DNA of 64,000 nucleotides from an uncultured Actinomycetota bacterium (GTDB lineage Bacteria; Actinomycetota; Actinomycetes; JAHEKZ01), in the NCBI GenBank assembly GCA_963848085.1, contig CAWKCE010000005.1, positions 303,667 through 367,666 of the forward strand, read 5' to 3'. Position numbers and translations under genes: made by a program. Numbering within the stretch: position 1 is the first letter of the stretch; each line of letters begins with the position of its first letter. Shown one piece after another: positions 38,989 to 49,532 of this stretch. The notes beneath the pieces are model-generated. The model was not told the DNA's origin. It did no database searches and saw only the letters and a list, made by a program, of their open reading frames with translations.

Positions 38989-39603
38989 TCAGCGGCTGTC
39001 GAGGATCAGGCTCATGGCCTCGGCGCGAGTCGCCGGGTCGCGGAGCTGGCCCCGGACCGCCGAGGTGACGGTACGCGCCCCCGGCTTGCGCACACCGCGC
39101 ATCGACATGCACATGTGCTCACACTCGACGACGGTGATCACCCCCTGCGGCTGCAGGATCTTGACCAGCGAGTCGGCGATCTGCGTGGTCAGCCGCTCCT
39201 GCACCTGGGGCCGCCGGGCGAAGACGTCGACCAGCCGGGCCAGCTTGGACAGTCCGGTGATCTGGCCGTTCTCGCTGGGGATGTAGCCCACGTGGGCCAC
39301 TCCGTGGAACGGCACCAGATGGTGCTCGCAGGTGGAGTACACCTCGATGTCCTTCACCAGGATCAGCTCGTCATGACCGAGGTCGAACGTCGTCGTCAGC
39401 ACGTCCTCGGGCGCGAGCCGCAGTCCGGCGAAGGTCTCGGCGTACATCCGTGCCACTCGTTGCGGGGTGTCCTGCAGGCCGTCGCGTCCGGGGTCCTCGC
39501 CCATGGCCAGCAGCAGCTCCCGGATCGCCGCCGCCGCACGCGGCAGGTCCACCGGCGGCCACTCGCCGGTGTCATGCGTGGTGAGAGCGATCGGGTCGGT
39601 CAT
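38989..39603 (-). CDS. folE: GTP cyclohydrolase I
   Basis: [22 protein letters not shown] and [14 protein letters not shown] zinc/active-site motifs. Trimmed to the ATG at 39603. Confidence 0.92.
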   Translation of the reverse strand: MTDPIALTTHDTGEWPPVDLPRAAAAIRELLLAMGEDPGRDGLQDTPQRVARMYAETFAGLRLAPEDVLTTTFDLGHDELILVKDIEVYSTCEHHLVPFHGVAHVGYIPSENGQITGLSKLARLVDVFARRPQVQERLTTQIADSLVKILQPQGVITVVECEHMCMSMRGVRKPGARTVTSAVRGQLRDPATRAEAMSLILDSR

Positions 39604-39607
39604 GTGC

Positions 39608-41665
39608 TCACTCGCCGGTGGCGTCGTCGCCCGTCGGTGCCGACTCCGCACCGGCCGATGCCGAGTCCGCACTGGGCTCGGCATCGGGCTCGGCCGCCGC
39701 ATCCTCGGACGACGTGCCCGGCTCGTCGGCGGCGGGTGCGACCTGGCCGTTGCCCCGCTGGCCGTTTGCCCCCGCGGACAGCGGCATCGGAACCGGACCA
39801 CGATCGGACACCGGCCGGTCCATCGACGACAGCCAGACCGGGCGCGGGGTGAGCTTGCGCAGCGGCTCGAAGACGCGCGCTACCTCCGCCTTGTCCAGCG
39901 TCTCCCGCTCGAGCAGCTCGACGACCAGCTGGTCGAGCACGTCGCGGTTGTCGATCAGGATGTCGTAGGCCTCCTGGTGGGCCTGCTCGATGAGCTTGCG
40001 CACCTCCTGGTCCACGACCTCGGCGATCCCCTCGGAGAAGTCGCGCAGATGACCCATGTCACGGCCGAGGAAGACCTCGCTCTGCTGCTGCCCCAGGCGG
40101 ATGGCGCCGACCTTCTCGCTCATGCCGTACTGCATCACCATCGAGCGGGCGAGCGCGGTGGCCTTCTCGATGTCGTTCGACGCACCGGTGGTCGGGTCAT
40201 GGAAGACCATCTCCTCCGCGGCCCGGCCGCCCAGCATGTACGCCAGCTGGTCCAGCATCTCGTTGCGGGTGACCGAGTACTTGTCCTCGTCGGGCAGGAC
40301 CATGGTGTACCCGAGGGCGCGCCCCCGGGGGAGAATCGTCACCTTGTGCACCGGGTCGGTGTGATGGAGCGCCGCCGCGACAAGAGCGTGACCGCCCTCG
40401 TGGTACGCGGTGATCTTCTTCTCCTTCTCGTTCATCAGCCGCGAGTGCTTCTGCGGGCCGGCGACGACCCGGTCGATCGCCTCGTCGAGCGCGAAGTTGT
40501 CGACCAGCTTCTGGTTGGTGCGCGCCGTCAGCAGCGCCGCCTCGTTGAGGACGTTGGCCAGGTCTGCGCCGGTGAAGCCCGGGGTGCGGCGCGCGACAGC
40601 GCGCAGGTCGACGTCGGTGGCCAGCGGCTTCCCCTTGGCGTGGACGTGAAGAATCTTCTCCCGGCCGGCGAGGTCAGGTCGCTCGACCGCGATCTGACGG
40701 TCGAACCGGCCGGGTCGCAGCAACGCTGGATCGAGGATGTCTGGTCGGTTCGTGGCGGCGATCAGGATCACGCCGCCCTTCACGTCGAAGCCATCCATCT
40801 CGACGAGGAGCTGGTTCAGCGTCTGCTCGCGCTCGTCGTGCCCACCTCCGAGGCCCGCTCCGCGGTGACGTCCCACGGCGTCGATCTCGTCGACGAACAC
40901 GATGGCCGGCGCGTTGGCCTTGGCCTGCTCGAACAGGTCGCGCACCCTCGACGCACCCACACCGACGAACATCTCGACGAAGTCGGAGCCAGAGATGGAG
41001 TAGAACGGAACGCCGGCCTCCCCGGCGACCGCGCGGGCGAGCAGCGTCTTGCCCGTTCCCGGAGGGCCGTACAGCAGCACACCCTTGGGGATCTTCGCTC
41101 CGACCGCCTGGAACTTCGCCGGGTCCTGCAGGAACTCCTTGATCTCGTGCAGCTCCTCGACCGCCTCGTCGGCGCCGGCGACGTCGGCGAACGTGGTCTG
41201 CGGCATGTCCTTGGACACCATCTTGGCCTTGGACTTGCCGAAGTTCATGACGCGGGAGCCGCCGCCCTGCATCTGGTTCATGAAGAAGAACAGCAGGAGA
41301 AGGATGAGCAGGATGGGCCCGAACGTGACGAGCAGCGTGACCAGCAGGCCCTGCGTGGGCACCTCAGAGATCTGGCCGCCCGGCGGCGGCACCTCCTGGA
41401 CCAGCTCGGCGAGCTGGGTGCCCTGCTGCTCGATGTAACTAGCCTTGATCTTGTCGCCGTTCCGCAGGTCGACGCGGACCTCCTGGTCGCGGTCGACGAG
41501 GACGACCTTCTGGGCGTCGCCACTCCTGATGGCAGCAATGACCGTCGAGGTGTCCTTCTTCTCGTAGCCTCCGGCCGACCCGGCCAGCTCAGCGGCGACC
41601 AGGACCAGGATGACGGCGAGCAGGATCCAGAAGATCGGACCGCGGAAGATGCGTTTGGCGTTCAT
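39608..41665 (-). CDS. ftsH: ATP-dependent zinc metalloprotease FtsH
   Basis: Two N-terminal TM helices, AAA+ Walker [17 protein letters not shown], and HEGGHAL zinc-binding motif. Confidence 0.95.
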   Translation of the reverse strand: MNAKRIFRGPIFWILLAVILVLVAAELAGSAGGYEKKDTSTVIAAIRSGDAQKVVLVDRDQEVRVDLRNGDKIKASYIEQQGTQLAELVQEVPPPGGQISEVPTQGLLVTLLVTFGPILLILLLLFFFMNQMQGGGSRVMNFGKSKAKMVSKDMPQTTFADVAGADEAVEELHEIKEFLQDPAKFQAVGAKIPKGVLLYGPPGTGKTLLARAVAGEAGVPFYSISGSDFVEMFVGVGASRVRDLFEQAKANAPAIVFVDEIDAVGRHRGAGLGGGHDEREQTLNQLLVEMDGFDVKGGVILIAATNRPDILDPALLRPGRFDRQIAVERPDLAGREKILHVHAKGKPLATDVDLRAVARRTPGFTGADLANVLNEAALLTARTNQKLVDNFALDEAIDRVVAGPQKHSRLMNEKEKKITAYHEGGHALVAAALHHTDPVHKVTILPRGRALGYTMVLPDEDKYSVTRNEMLDQLAYMLGGRAAEEMVFHDPTTGASNDIEKATALARSMVMQYGMSEKVGAIRLGQQQSEVFLGRDMGHLRDFSEGIAEVVDQEVRKLIEQAHQEAYDILIDNRDVLDQLVVELLERETLDKAEVARVFEPLRKLTPRPVWLSSMDRPVSDRGPVPMPLSAGANGQRGNGQVAPAADEPGTSSEDAAAEPDAEPSADSASAGAESAPTGDDATGE

Positions 41666-41807
41666 CGTGAGGGGCGGCTACGGCCCCGTCCCTCCTGCTC
41701 GTGCATGGGGAAGATTCGGACTTCGACGGTACACCGGGGGCCGCCGAGACGCGGAACCGACGGCTTGTGCGGACCCTTCGCCCGCCCTCGAGCTGTGCCG
41801 GCCGGCC

Positions 41808-42365
41808 CTAGCGTCCCGCGTAGACGTGGGAGGCCAGCATCCCGATGAACGGCAGGTTGCGGTACTTCTGCGCGTAGTCCAGCCCGAAGCCCACGACGAA
41901 CTCGTTCGGGATGTCGAAGCCGATGTACTTGACCTCGACGGGCACCCGGGCGGCATCCGGCTTCCGCAGCAGGGCGCAGACCTCGACCGACGCCGGACCA
42001 CGCGACCGGAGGTTCTTGAGCAGCCAGGACAGGGTCAGGCCGGAGTCCATGATGTCCTCGACGACGAGCACATGCTTGCCTGAAATGTCCTTGTCGAGGT
42101 CCTTGAGGATCCGGACCACCCCGGAGGACTTGGTACCCGATCCGTAGCTCGACACCGCCATCCAGTCCATCTCGCAGGACGAGTGGAGCGCGCGCGACAG
42201 GTCTGCCATCACCATGACCGCGCCCTTGAGGACACCGACCAGGAGCAGATCACGTCCGGCGTAGTCCTCGTCGATCTGGGCGGCGATCTCCTTGATGCGC
42301 TGCTGGATCGACTCCGCGTCGACCAGGACGGCGGCGAGGTCGTCGCCCATGTCGGTGACGTCCAT
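41808..42365 (-). CDS. hpt: Hypoxanthine phosphoribosyltransferase
   Basis: PRPP-binding motif [14 protein letters not shown]. 185 aa. Confidence 0.92.
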   Translation of the reverse strand: MDVTDMGDDLAAVLVDAESIQQRIKEIAAQIDEDYAGRDLLLVGVLKGAVMVMADLSRALHSSCEMDWMAVSSYGSGTKSSGVVRILKDLDKDISGKHVLVVEDIMDSGLTLSWLLKNLRSRGPASVEVCALLRKPDAARVPVEVKYIGFDIPNEFVVGFGLDYAQKYRNLPFIGMLASHVYAGR

Positions 42366-42368
42366 CGG

Positions 42369-43391
42369 CTACTCCTTCGCCCGTTGCTGGTCGGGCGAAA
42401 CAGCGTCCTGCCCGGGATCGAGGTAGAGCCTGCCACAGCAGCGACGCGCCTGGATCCCGCCCGGCAGCGCGACCGGGCCCTGGCCCTTCCAGGCGCCGAC
42501 GAGGTCGTCCACGCGGCCGACCTGCTCCGCGGTCAGCCGGCCCGCGGTCGCTCCGGCGGCCAGCAGGGAGCGGCGAATCACGCGCCGCCGGACCGCCGGC
42601 GGCGCTGCGCCCAAGGCCACGATGTCCAGCCCCGGCTCCGAGTCGCCCGCCGGCCGGCACCGTCCGGCCACCTCGTCCGCCCAGGTCTCGAGTGCCTCGT
42701 CGTCGTCCCGGAGCAGCCGGGCCGTCCGGGCCAGCGCCTGCGGCACCCCCGGCCCGAGGGCGGTGACCAGCGCCGGCAGCGCGTCGTGGCGAAGGCGGGC
42801 GCGCGAGAACCTGCGCTCGGTGTTGTGGGGGTCGTCCCACGGCACGAGACCCAGGGCGTCGCAGCAGGCGGCCGTGGTGGAGCGGGAGACACCCAGCAGC
42901 GGACGCCGGAATCCCTCGGTCTGCGGCGCCATCCCGGACAGCGACCGGGCTCCGGACCCGCGGGCCAGGCCGAGCAGGACCGTCTCCGCCTGGTCGTCCA
43001 GGGTGTGACCGAGCAGCACCGCCGCCGCGTCGAGATCGGCTGCCGCCGACCGTAGTGCCTGGTAGCGGGCCTGCCGGGCGGCCGCCTCGGGGCCGCCTCC
43101 CTCACCGACGTCCACCGCCACGACCTGCACCGGCGCCAGCCCGAGCGACCGGAGGGCACCGGCCGCCGCCTCGGCCACGGCGTCCGACGACGGCTGCAGC
43201 TGGTGGTCCACGACCACGGCGCCGGCACGTAGTCCCGCACGCGGACCAGCGAACGCCAACCCGGCTGCCAGCGCGAGGGAGTCGGCGCCACCGCTGACCG
43301 CCGCCAGCACCAGACGCCCCCGGGGGATCCCATCAAGGCCGGCGGCCACCGCGGTCCGGACCTCCGTGACCGCCGGCGCCGGACCGGTCAT
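42369..43391 (-). CDS. tilS: tRNA(Ile)-lysidine synthetase
   Basis: PP-loop SGGADS (LAAVSGGADSLALA). Trimmed to the Met whose ATG overlaps the upstream gene stop. Confidence 0.85.
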   Translation of the reverse strand: MTGPAPAVTEVRTAVAAGLDGIPRGRLVLAAVSGGADSLALAAGLAFAGPRAGLRAGAVVVDHQLQPSSDAVAEAAAGALRSLGLAPVQVVAVDVGEGGGPEAAARQARYQALRSAAADLDAAAVLLGHTLDDQAETVLLGLARGSGARSLSGMAPQTEGFRRPLLGVSRSTTAACCDALGLVPWDDPHNTERRFSRARLRHDALPALVTALGPGVPQALARTARLLRDDDEALETWADEVAGRCRPAGDSEPGLDIVALGAAPPAVRRRVIRRSLLAAGATAGRLTAEQVGRVDDLVGAWKGQGPVALPGGIQARRCCGRLYLDPGQDAVSPDQQRAKE

Positions 43392-44458
43392 GACGCGGAG
43401 GCGGAGTGCACCCGGGCCAGCCACTGGTCCGGGGCGTAGAGCTCGGCGCGCGACGGCAACGACGCCGGTGACTCCCACACCCGGTTGAACCCCGACATCC
43501 CCACTGCGTCAACCACTGCCCTGACGAACACGGCTCCGTCCCGGTACTGCTTCAGCTTGCTGTCCACACCGAGCAGTCGACGGACGAACGCCTCGGCCGC
43601 GGGCGGCGACGTCCGCCTGCGGCTGAAGCGGGACCGGATGGCCGCGACGGTCGGGACCACTGCCGGTCCCACGCCGTCCATCACGACATCTGCGTGGCCC
43701 TCGAGCAAGGACATCACCGCGGTAAGGCGGTCCATGACCTCGCGTTCCTCTGGGGTCATGAGCTGCTCCAGCACACCGACGGAGTCGAGTCCGCGGGCTG
43801 CCCCGACCACCGCGGCCACTGCCTGCCGCGCCCGGCGACCGAACTCTGCCGGGTCGACGTCGAAGGCCTCCACGTACCCGGTGATCTGGCCCTTGAGCCA
43901 CGGGGCGAGCCACGGTACGGCCGTGAACTGCACCCGGTGGGTCTCCTCGTGCAGACAGACCCACAACCGGAAGTCGTGCGGATCGACCTCGAGCTCTCGT
44001 TCCACGTGGACGATGTTCGGTGCCACCAGAAGCAGCCGCGGTGCCGCGTCAGCGGCGGTAAACAGCTCGTACTGGCCGAGCACCTTGCTGCTGAGGAAGC
44101 CCAGAGCGGCCCCCACCTCCGCGCCCACGACCCGCGACCCGACTGCCGTGGTCAGCCCGCCTCCCCCGGCGTCCCCCCGGCGCGCCCGCAGACGCGCGAC
44201 GACCGGGTCGAGAACGGCTGCGAACCCGGCGGTGTTGGCGTCGATCCAGCCTGGCCGGTCGACGACCGCCACCGCGTCGGGGGTCGGCTCCGCCTCCAGG
44301 CCGGTGTGGGTCGCGACGTAGTCCACCGCATCCTGTGCGCACTTCCGGAGGTCGGCAACCGCTTCCCGAGCCTCGGACAGCGGGATCTGCGGGCCCGGTC
44401 CCGCCAACCGACGGGCGGTTGCGGACGCGAAGTCCCAGTCCACGACATTGGCAGCCAT
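43388..44458 (-). CDS. Zinc-dependent metalloprotease (DUF2342 / Rv3626c-like)
   Basis: HEETHRVQF HExxH motif. Conserved position between dacB and tilS. Trimmed to the internal Met (MAANVVDWDF). Confidence 0.75.
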   Translation of the reverse strand: MAANVVDWDFASATARRLAGPGPQIPLSEAREAVADLRKCAQDAVDYVATHTGLEAEPTPDAVAVVDRPGWIDANTAGFAAVLDPVVARLRARRGDAGGGGLTTAVGSRVVGAEVGAALGFLSSKVLGQYELFTAADAAPRLLLVAPNIVHVERELEVDPHDFRLWVCLHEETHRVQFTAVPWLAPWLKGQITGYVEAFDVDPAEFGRRARQAVAAVVGAARGLDSVGVLEQLMTPEEREVMDRLTAVMSLLEGHADVVMDGVGPAVVPTVAAIRSRFSRRRTSPPAAEAFVRRLLGVDSKLKQYRDGAVFVRAVVDAVGMSGFNRVWESPASLPSRAELYAPDQWLARVHSASAS

Positions 44459-44505
44459 GGACTGACCGTAACCGGACGCCCCGAGGTCGGAAGCCCCCCT
44501 GCGGA

Positions 44506-45888
44506 TCAGGCGGCCGGGCACGAGGCCAACGCGGCGGCACCCCGGTCCAGGGCCGCGCGAGCTGCCTCGATGTCGAACGGCACCCGATCGGCGACGAAGG
44601 AGAACACGACCAGCCGCCCCTCGCAGGCCACCACCAGCCCGGCCTCGGCGGCCACCCCGGTGAGTGTCCCCGTCTTCGCGCGGACCACGCCCGCACCGCG
44701 CGCGCTGCGACCGGTCAGGTACCGGTCCGCGAGGGTGCCCGTCAGACCGGCCACGGGAAGGCCTGCGGTGAGGGGACGCAACGTCGGGTCCGCAACCGCG
44801 ACCGCCAGCACCCCGGCGGTACCCACGGGGGGGAGGCGGTTCGGGCGCGACAGCCCCGAGGCGTCGAACAGGCGGGCGCCGGACGTCTCGACATCGCGCA
44901 GCTGGGCTTGCGCCAGCAGCGTGGCGCCGGCTCCCGAGAAGCTGGCGGGACGACCGCTGGCCAGCGCCGCCAGCCGTCCGAGCGCCTCGGCCAGCTGGTT
45001 GTCACTGTCGGTCAGCATCCGCTCGACGAGGGCGGACACCGTCGGCGACTCGACCTCGGCGACGACCTCGCCGCCGGCCGCTGCCTCACCGGGCCGCACG
45101 CCACCGGTCACCCGGATGCCGCGATCGCCCAGCAGCGTCGCGAACCGGCCGGCCGCCGCCAGCGCCGGGTCCGCCTCCCTCGCCAGGGACCCGGACCGCG
45201 AGTCGACCAGCCCTTGGTCGGCCATCAGCGCCGTCACCGGGGCCACCACCCCGGACGAGACATAGGTGTCCCCCCAGGTGGGAGCGACGGCCGGGCCGGT
45301 GAACAGGCCGTCGTCGTAGAACAGCCGGACCCGCGAGATTCCCTCGCTCTGGAGCGCCTGCGCGGTCTCCCCGGCCAGCGCCTCCAGCGAAGCGACCGGC
45401 CGGTCGCCGCGGCGGGGCCGGGACGTGGTCAGCGTGGCGTCCCCTCCTCCGACGAGCACGACCGAGCGGGGCGCCGGCCCGCGGACCACGCGCGTGACGA
45501 TCCGTGACTCCCGATCCAGGACGTCGAGGGCAGCCAGTGCGGTGAACAGCTTGACGGTGGATGCCGGCGCGGCGGCGCGGGTGGCTCGGGAGTCGAGCAC
45601 GCCTTGTCCCTCCACCGTGGCGACGTACGCGGAGACCCGCCGGCCCAGGGCGTCGTCACCGAGCGCACGCTCGACAGCTGCCTGCAGCCGCTCGACTTCA
45701 GCGGCCGGCATCGGATCGCCCTGGACGGGCAGCAGCGCCGCCTCCGGCGGCCCGGGACTGGCCATCGCGACCACGGGTGTGTCCGGGGGGGCGGCGGGCT
45801 CGAAGATCACGCCGGCGGCGTCCAAGGTCACCACGACGACCGTCACCGCGGCGAGGACCGCCACGACGTACCACCGGGTCCGGCTCAT
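44506..45888 (-). CDS. dacB: D-alanyl-D-alanine carboxypeptidase/endopeptidase (PBP4 family, peptidase S13)
   Basis: N-terminal TM/signal anchor. S13 pattern (ASTVKLFTALAAL SxxK, SDN, KTG motifs: DSDNQLAE, VRAKTGTL). Confidence 0.88.
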   Translation of the reverse strand: MSRTRWYVVAVLAAVTVVVVTLDAAGVIFEPAAPPDTPVVAMASPGPPEAALLPVQGDPMPAAEVERLQAAVERALGDDALGRRVSAYVATVEGQGVLDSRATRAAAPASTVKLFTALAALDVLDRESRIVTRVVRGPAPRSVVLVGGGDATLTTSRPRRGDRPVASLEALAGETAQALQSEGISRVRLFYDDGLFTGPAVAPTWGDTYVSSGVVAPVTALMADQGLVDSRSGSLAREADPALAAAGRFATLLGDRGIRVTGGVRPGEAAAGGEVVAEVESPTVSALVERMLTDSDNQLAEALGRLAALASGRPASFSGAGATLLAQAQLRDVETSGARLFDASGLSRPNRLPPVGTAGVLAVAVADPTLRPLTAGLPVAGLTGTLADRYLTGRSARGAGVVRAKTGTLTGVAAEAGLVVACEGRLVVFSFVADRVPFDIEAARAALDRGAAALASCPAA

Positions 45889-45967
45889 CCTGACCCCCTC
45901 AGCGGCCTTCGGGTGCGGTACGGGACACTAAGGGACGCGGTGCCAGGTCCACCCGGGAGGGTTCGCA

Positions 45968-46471
45968 GTGGAATTCGACGTCTTCGTGGAGATCCCCCAG
46001 GGGCACCGAAACAAGTACGAGCTCGACAAGAAGTCCGGCCGCATCCGGCTCGACCGGATGCTGTTCACGTCCACCCGGTACCCGGCCGACTACGGGTTCA
46101 TCGAGAACACCCTCGGTCAAGACGGCGACCCGCTCGACGCGCTGGTTCTGCTGGACGAGCCCACGTTCCCCGGCTGCGTGATCATGTGCCGGGCGATCGG
46201 AATGTTCCGCATGACCGACGAAGCCGGAGGCGACGACAAGGTCGTCTGCGTCCCGGCGCACGACCCGCGCAAGGAGCACCTGCGGGACATCCACCACATG
46301 CCGGAGTTCGACAAGCTGGAGATCCAGCACTTCTTCGAGGTCTACAAGGACCTGGAGCCGGGGAAGTCGGTGGAAGGCGCCACGTGGGCAAACCGCGCTG
46401 ACACCGAGCGTGAGATCAAGGCCTCGTTCCGCCGCCAGGACGCCGCCCAGCAGTCCAGCGACGAGTCCTGA
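45968..46471 (+). CDS. ppa: Inorganic pyrophosphatase (family I)
   Basis: [23 protein letters not shown], and the GTG start with a GGGAGGG ribosome-binding site 8 nt upstream. Confidence 0.93.
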   Translation: MEFDVFVEIPQGHRNKYELDKKSGRIRLDRMLFTSTRYPADYGFIENTLGQDGDPLDALVLLDEPTFPGCVIMCRAIGMFRMTDEAGGDDKVVCVPAHDPRKEHLRDIHHMPEFDKLEIQHFFEVYKDLEPGKSVEGATWANRADTEREIKASFRRQDAAQQSSDES

Positions 46472-46473
46472 CG

Positions 46474-46803
46474 CTACTCGGCCACCGGATCGGCGCTCTG
46501 CACGACCTCAAAGGCCCAGATCGTCGACCCCGACGCGGCCGACGGCTGGCCGGCCGGCCGCCCACTTGCCTCGGCATGACCGGAGGCGAACGACCGCGAG
46601 GCAGTCCACTCATCGAACGACTCCCGGTCGCTCCACCGGGTGTAGACGAGGTACTGCTCGGTCCCTTCGAGCGGCCGGAGAAGCTCGAAGTGCTCGAACC
46701 CCGGCGCGCGCTCTACCGAGCCGGCGCGGCCGGCGAACCGCTGCTCAAGGAGCGTTCCGTCTCCGCCGGACACGGTCAGTACGTTGATAGCGACGTAGCT
46801 CAT
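46474..46803 (-). CDS. Antibiotic-biosynthesis-monooxygenase (ABM) domain protein
   Basis: 109-aa ferredoxin-like ABM fold (MSYVAINVLTV...GFEHFELLRPLEGTEQYLVYTRWSDRESFDEW). The rest of the 401-aa track ORF is antisense to the amidase gene. Confidence 0.7.
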   Translation of the reverse strand: MSYVAINVLTVSGGDGTLLEQRFAGRAGSVERAPGFEHFELLRPLEGTEQYLVYTRWSDRESFDEWTASRSFASGHAEASGRPAGQPSAASGSTIWAFEVVQSADPVAE

Positions 46804-46963
46804 TGCCCCAGTGTGGTGCCCCAGCTGCCGGGCCGCCGCCCGGGACCGGTCGCGCCATGATCGTGGGCACGCTCCCCACCTCCTCACATTCCGATCGGCT
46901 CGGCGGGACCACCCGCGTGCCGAGGCCGTTCGCTCCTCGCCCGAGCGGACCTGGGACGCTGCG

Positions 46964-48391
46964 GTGGTGACGCACCCCGGCTGGCCGACCGGAGATCCGA
47001 CCTCCTGGCCGGCCCACCGGCTCGCGCATGCCATGGTGACGGGGCAGCTCACAGTCGTCGAGGTGGTCACCGCATTCCTCGACCGCATCGACTCCCTGGA
47101 GCCGACCCACCACGCCTTGGTCTCCCGTCGGCCGCGCCATGAGGCTCTCGACGACGCCGCCCGGCTGGATGCCAGGCCCACGGCTCGGCGGTCCGGGGGC
47201 CTGTTCGGGCTTCCGCTCGCCGTGAAGGACCTCACCGACGTCCGCGACCTCCCGACCACACTCGGTTTCTGGCGACCCGACGAGGTGGGTCCTGCTCGCG
47301 ATGACACCGACTTCGTCCCCCGGCTGCGAGCTGCCGGAGCGGTATTCGTCGGGAAGACGAACACACCCGAGTTCGGCCTGGGGTCGCACACCCACAGCCG
47401 GGTGGCTCCCACGACACGTAATGCGCTCGACCCGGCTCGCTCAGCAGGTGGCAGCAGCGGCGGCGCCGCGGTAGCGGTGGCCACGGGGATGCTGCCGGTC
47501 GCCGACGGGAGCGACTTCATGGGATCCCTCCGCAACCCGCCCGGCTGGAACGGGGTGTTCGGGCTGCGCCCCACCTCCGAACAGCGCCCGGAGTCGCGAC
47601 CCACCGATGTCAGCGGCGACGGCGGGGTCGCGGGCCCGATCGCACGCGATGCGCTCGACCTGGCAACCATGCTCGCCACGATGACCGGTCAGCACCTGAC
47701 CCCAGCCCGCGGGCCCGGCCTCCGACGGGTGGCATGGCTGGCCGACCTCAACGGGTACCTCCCCACGGAGGCCGGCGTGCTGGATGCGTGTCGGTCGTCG
47801 CTCGACGTCTTTCGCGACCTGCGAGTGGACGTGGAGGAGCGCGTCCTTCCAGCCACTCCGGACTTCGCGGACGTCTCCCTGCTGTGGCCGACGTGGACCA
47901 CCTTCCGGCACGCGGCCGTGGGCGGCGAGCTGGCGCAGTTCGCCGACGAACACGGGGTGCTCGACCGGATGAAGCCGGAGGCCCGGTGGGAGGTCGAGGG
48001 CTACCGAGCGCTCCGCGACCGAGACCGGCCAGACATGGCCCGCCGACGGGCCGGACTGGCCGACGCCTTCGCCCTCTTGTTCGCCCGGTACGACGCGGTC
48101 GTCCTCCCGACCGCTCAGGTCTTCCCGTTCCCGGCCAAGACGAGCTGGCCGCACCAGATCGCGGGGAGACCCATGGACACCTACCACCGCTGGATGGAGG
48201 TGACCGCCCCGGCAACGCTCGCGGGACTCCCCGTCCTCGCCGTGCCGGTGCCGACCGCAGGTCTCCCCATCGGACTCCAGGTCATCGGGCCGCCGCACTC
48301 CGAACCTCTGCTGCTCCAGGTGGCCCGGCAGTGGCAGGGCGCGACCGCCGGCGCCGCAGGGGTCGCCCTGTGCCGAGACCCGACGGGCTAG
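46964..48391 (+). CDS. Amidase (amidase-signature family)
   Basis: AS-family GGSSGGAAVAVATG ... GSDFMGSLRNPPGWNGVFGLRPT with the catalytic Ser-cisSer-Lys context. The start is uncertain: the frame is open from 46811, with GTG candidates at 46964/46967 and an ATG at 47033. Confidence 0.8.
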   Translation: MVTHPGWPTGDPTSWPAHRLAHAMVTGQLTVVEVVTAFLDRIDSLEPTHHALVSRRPRHEALDDAARLDARPTARRSGGLFGLPLAVKDLTDVRDLPTTLGFWRPDEVGPARDDTDFVPRLRAAGAVFVGKTNTPEFGLGSHTHSRVAPTTRNALDPARSAGGSSGGAAVAVATGMLPVADGSDFMGSLRNPPGWNGVFGLRPTSEQRPESRPTDVSGDGGVAGPIARDALDLATMLATMTGQHLTPARGPGLRRVAWLADLNGYLPTEAGVLDACRSSLDVFRDLRVDVEERVLPATPDFADVSLLWPTWTTFRHAAVGGELAQFADEHGVLDRMKPEARWEVEGYRALRDRDRPDMARRRAGLADAFALLFARYDAVVLPTAQVFPFPAKTSWPHQIAGRPMDTYHRWMEVTAPATLAGLPVLAVPVPTAGLPIGLQVIGPPHSEPLLLQVARQWQGATAGAAGVALCRDPTG

Positions 48392-48446
48392 CGTTCGGAA
48401 GGCGCTGGTGTCGGACCACGTCATCACAGGGGGAGGCGTCACCCAT

Positions 48447-49532
48447 ATGGCGGGACCGCTGCAGGGAGTCCGCGTGGTCGAGTTCGCCGCTCTGGGCCCG
48501 GCACCCTTCGCCGCCATGCTGCTCGCCGACCTGGGCGCCGACGTGGTTCGGGTGGACCGGCCGGACGTGGGCGAGGTCTCCAACGACACCACCGGGCGCG
48601 GGAAGCGGTCGGTAGCACTCGACCTCAAGTCCACGGAGGGTCGGGCAACAGCGCTCCGGCTCGTCCAGCGCGCCGACGTCCTGGTCGAGGGCTTTCGTCC
48701 GGGCGTCATGGAGCGGCTCGGACTGGGGCCGGACGTCTGCCACGAGCGGAACCCGGCGTTGGTCTACGGACGTATGACCGGCTGGGGCCAGGACGGCCCG
48801 CTGGCGCACAGCGCCGGGCACGACCTCGACTTCATCGCCGTGACCGGCGTGCTGTGGGCGATGGGGCGCCCCACCGAGCCACCCGCGCCGCCCCTCAACG
48901 TCGTCGGGGACCTCGGCGGTGGAGCCATGTTCCTGGCACTCGGCGTGCTGGCGGCCTTGCTGGCAGCACGCGAGACCGGCCGCGGCGATGTGGTGGACGC
49001 CGCCATCGTCGACGGCACCACCGCGCTGGCCACGATGCTGCTCGGGCTGCGGTCCCGCGGACTGTGGACCGACGAGCGGGGCACCAACCTGCTCGACTCT
49101 GGCGCCCCTTTCTACGACGTCTACGAGTGCGCGGACGGCCGCTACCTCGCGGTCGGTGCGATCGAGCCGCGCTTCTACGCCGAGCTGGTGTCTCGCACCG
49201 GCTTCGACGGCGACCCGGCCGACCAGTACGACGCCACGTCCTGGCCGCAACAGCGGCGCCGTTGGGCTGAGCACCTGAAGACCCGACCTCGCGACGAGTG
49301 GGTCGCCCTCCTCGCCGGGACGGATGCGTGCGTCGCGCCGGTGCTCGACTGGGTCGAGGCCGCCGAGCACCCACACCTGCGCGAGCGCGGCGTGTACATC
49401 GACGTCGGAGGGGAGCAGCAGCCGGCCCCGGCTCCGCGCTTCGCCGCGCGGCCGACCGGGCCGCCACGGCCGGCCCCAGCCTCCGGACAGCCCTCGACAC
49501 ACGTGGACCGCGTGCTCGAAGAGTGGCGATGA
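48447..49532 (+). CDS. CoA-transferase family III protein (CaiB/BaiF; alpha-methylacyl-CoA racemase-like)
   Basis: LQGVRVVEFAALGPAPFAAMLLADLGADVVRVDRP N-terminal motif, and the catalytic Asp context (GHDLDFIAVTG). Confidence 0.85.
   Translation: MAGPLQGVRVVEFAALGPAPFAAMLLADLGADVVRVDRPDVGEVSNDTTGRGKRSVALDLKSTEGRATALRLVQRADVLVEGFRPGVMERLGLGPDVCHERNPALVYGRMTGWGQDGPLAHSAGHDLDFIAVTGVLWAMGRPTEPPAPPLNVVGDLGGGAMFLALGVLAALLAARETGRGDVVDAAIVDGTTALATMLLGLRSRGLWTDERGTNLLDSGAPFYDVYECADGRYLAVGAIEPRFYAELVSRTGFDGDPADQYDATSWPQQRRRWAEHLKTRPRDEWVALLAGTDACVAPVLDWVEAAEHPHLRERGVYIDVGGEQQPAPAPRFAARPTGPPRPAPASGQPSTHVDRVLEEWR

Noticed and set aside
39467-41848. 793-aa + strand ORF antisense to ftsH and folE
   Set aside because: FtsH on the minus strand carries Walker A/B, SRH and HEGGH motifs, and the + frame carries none.
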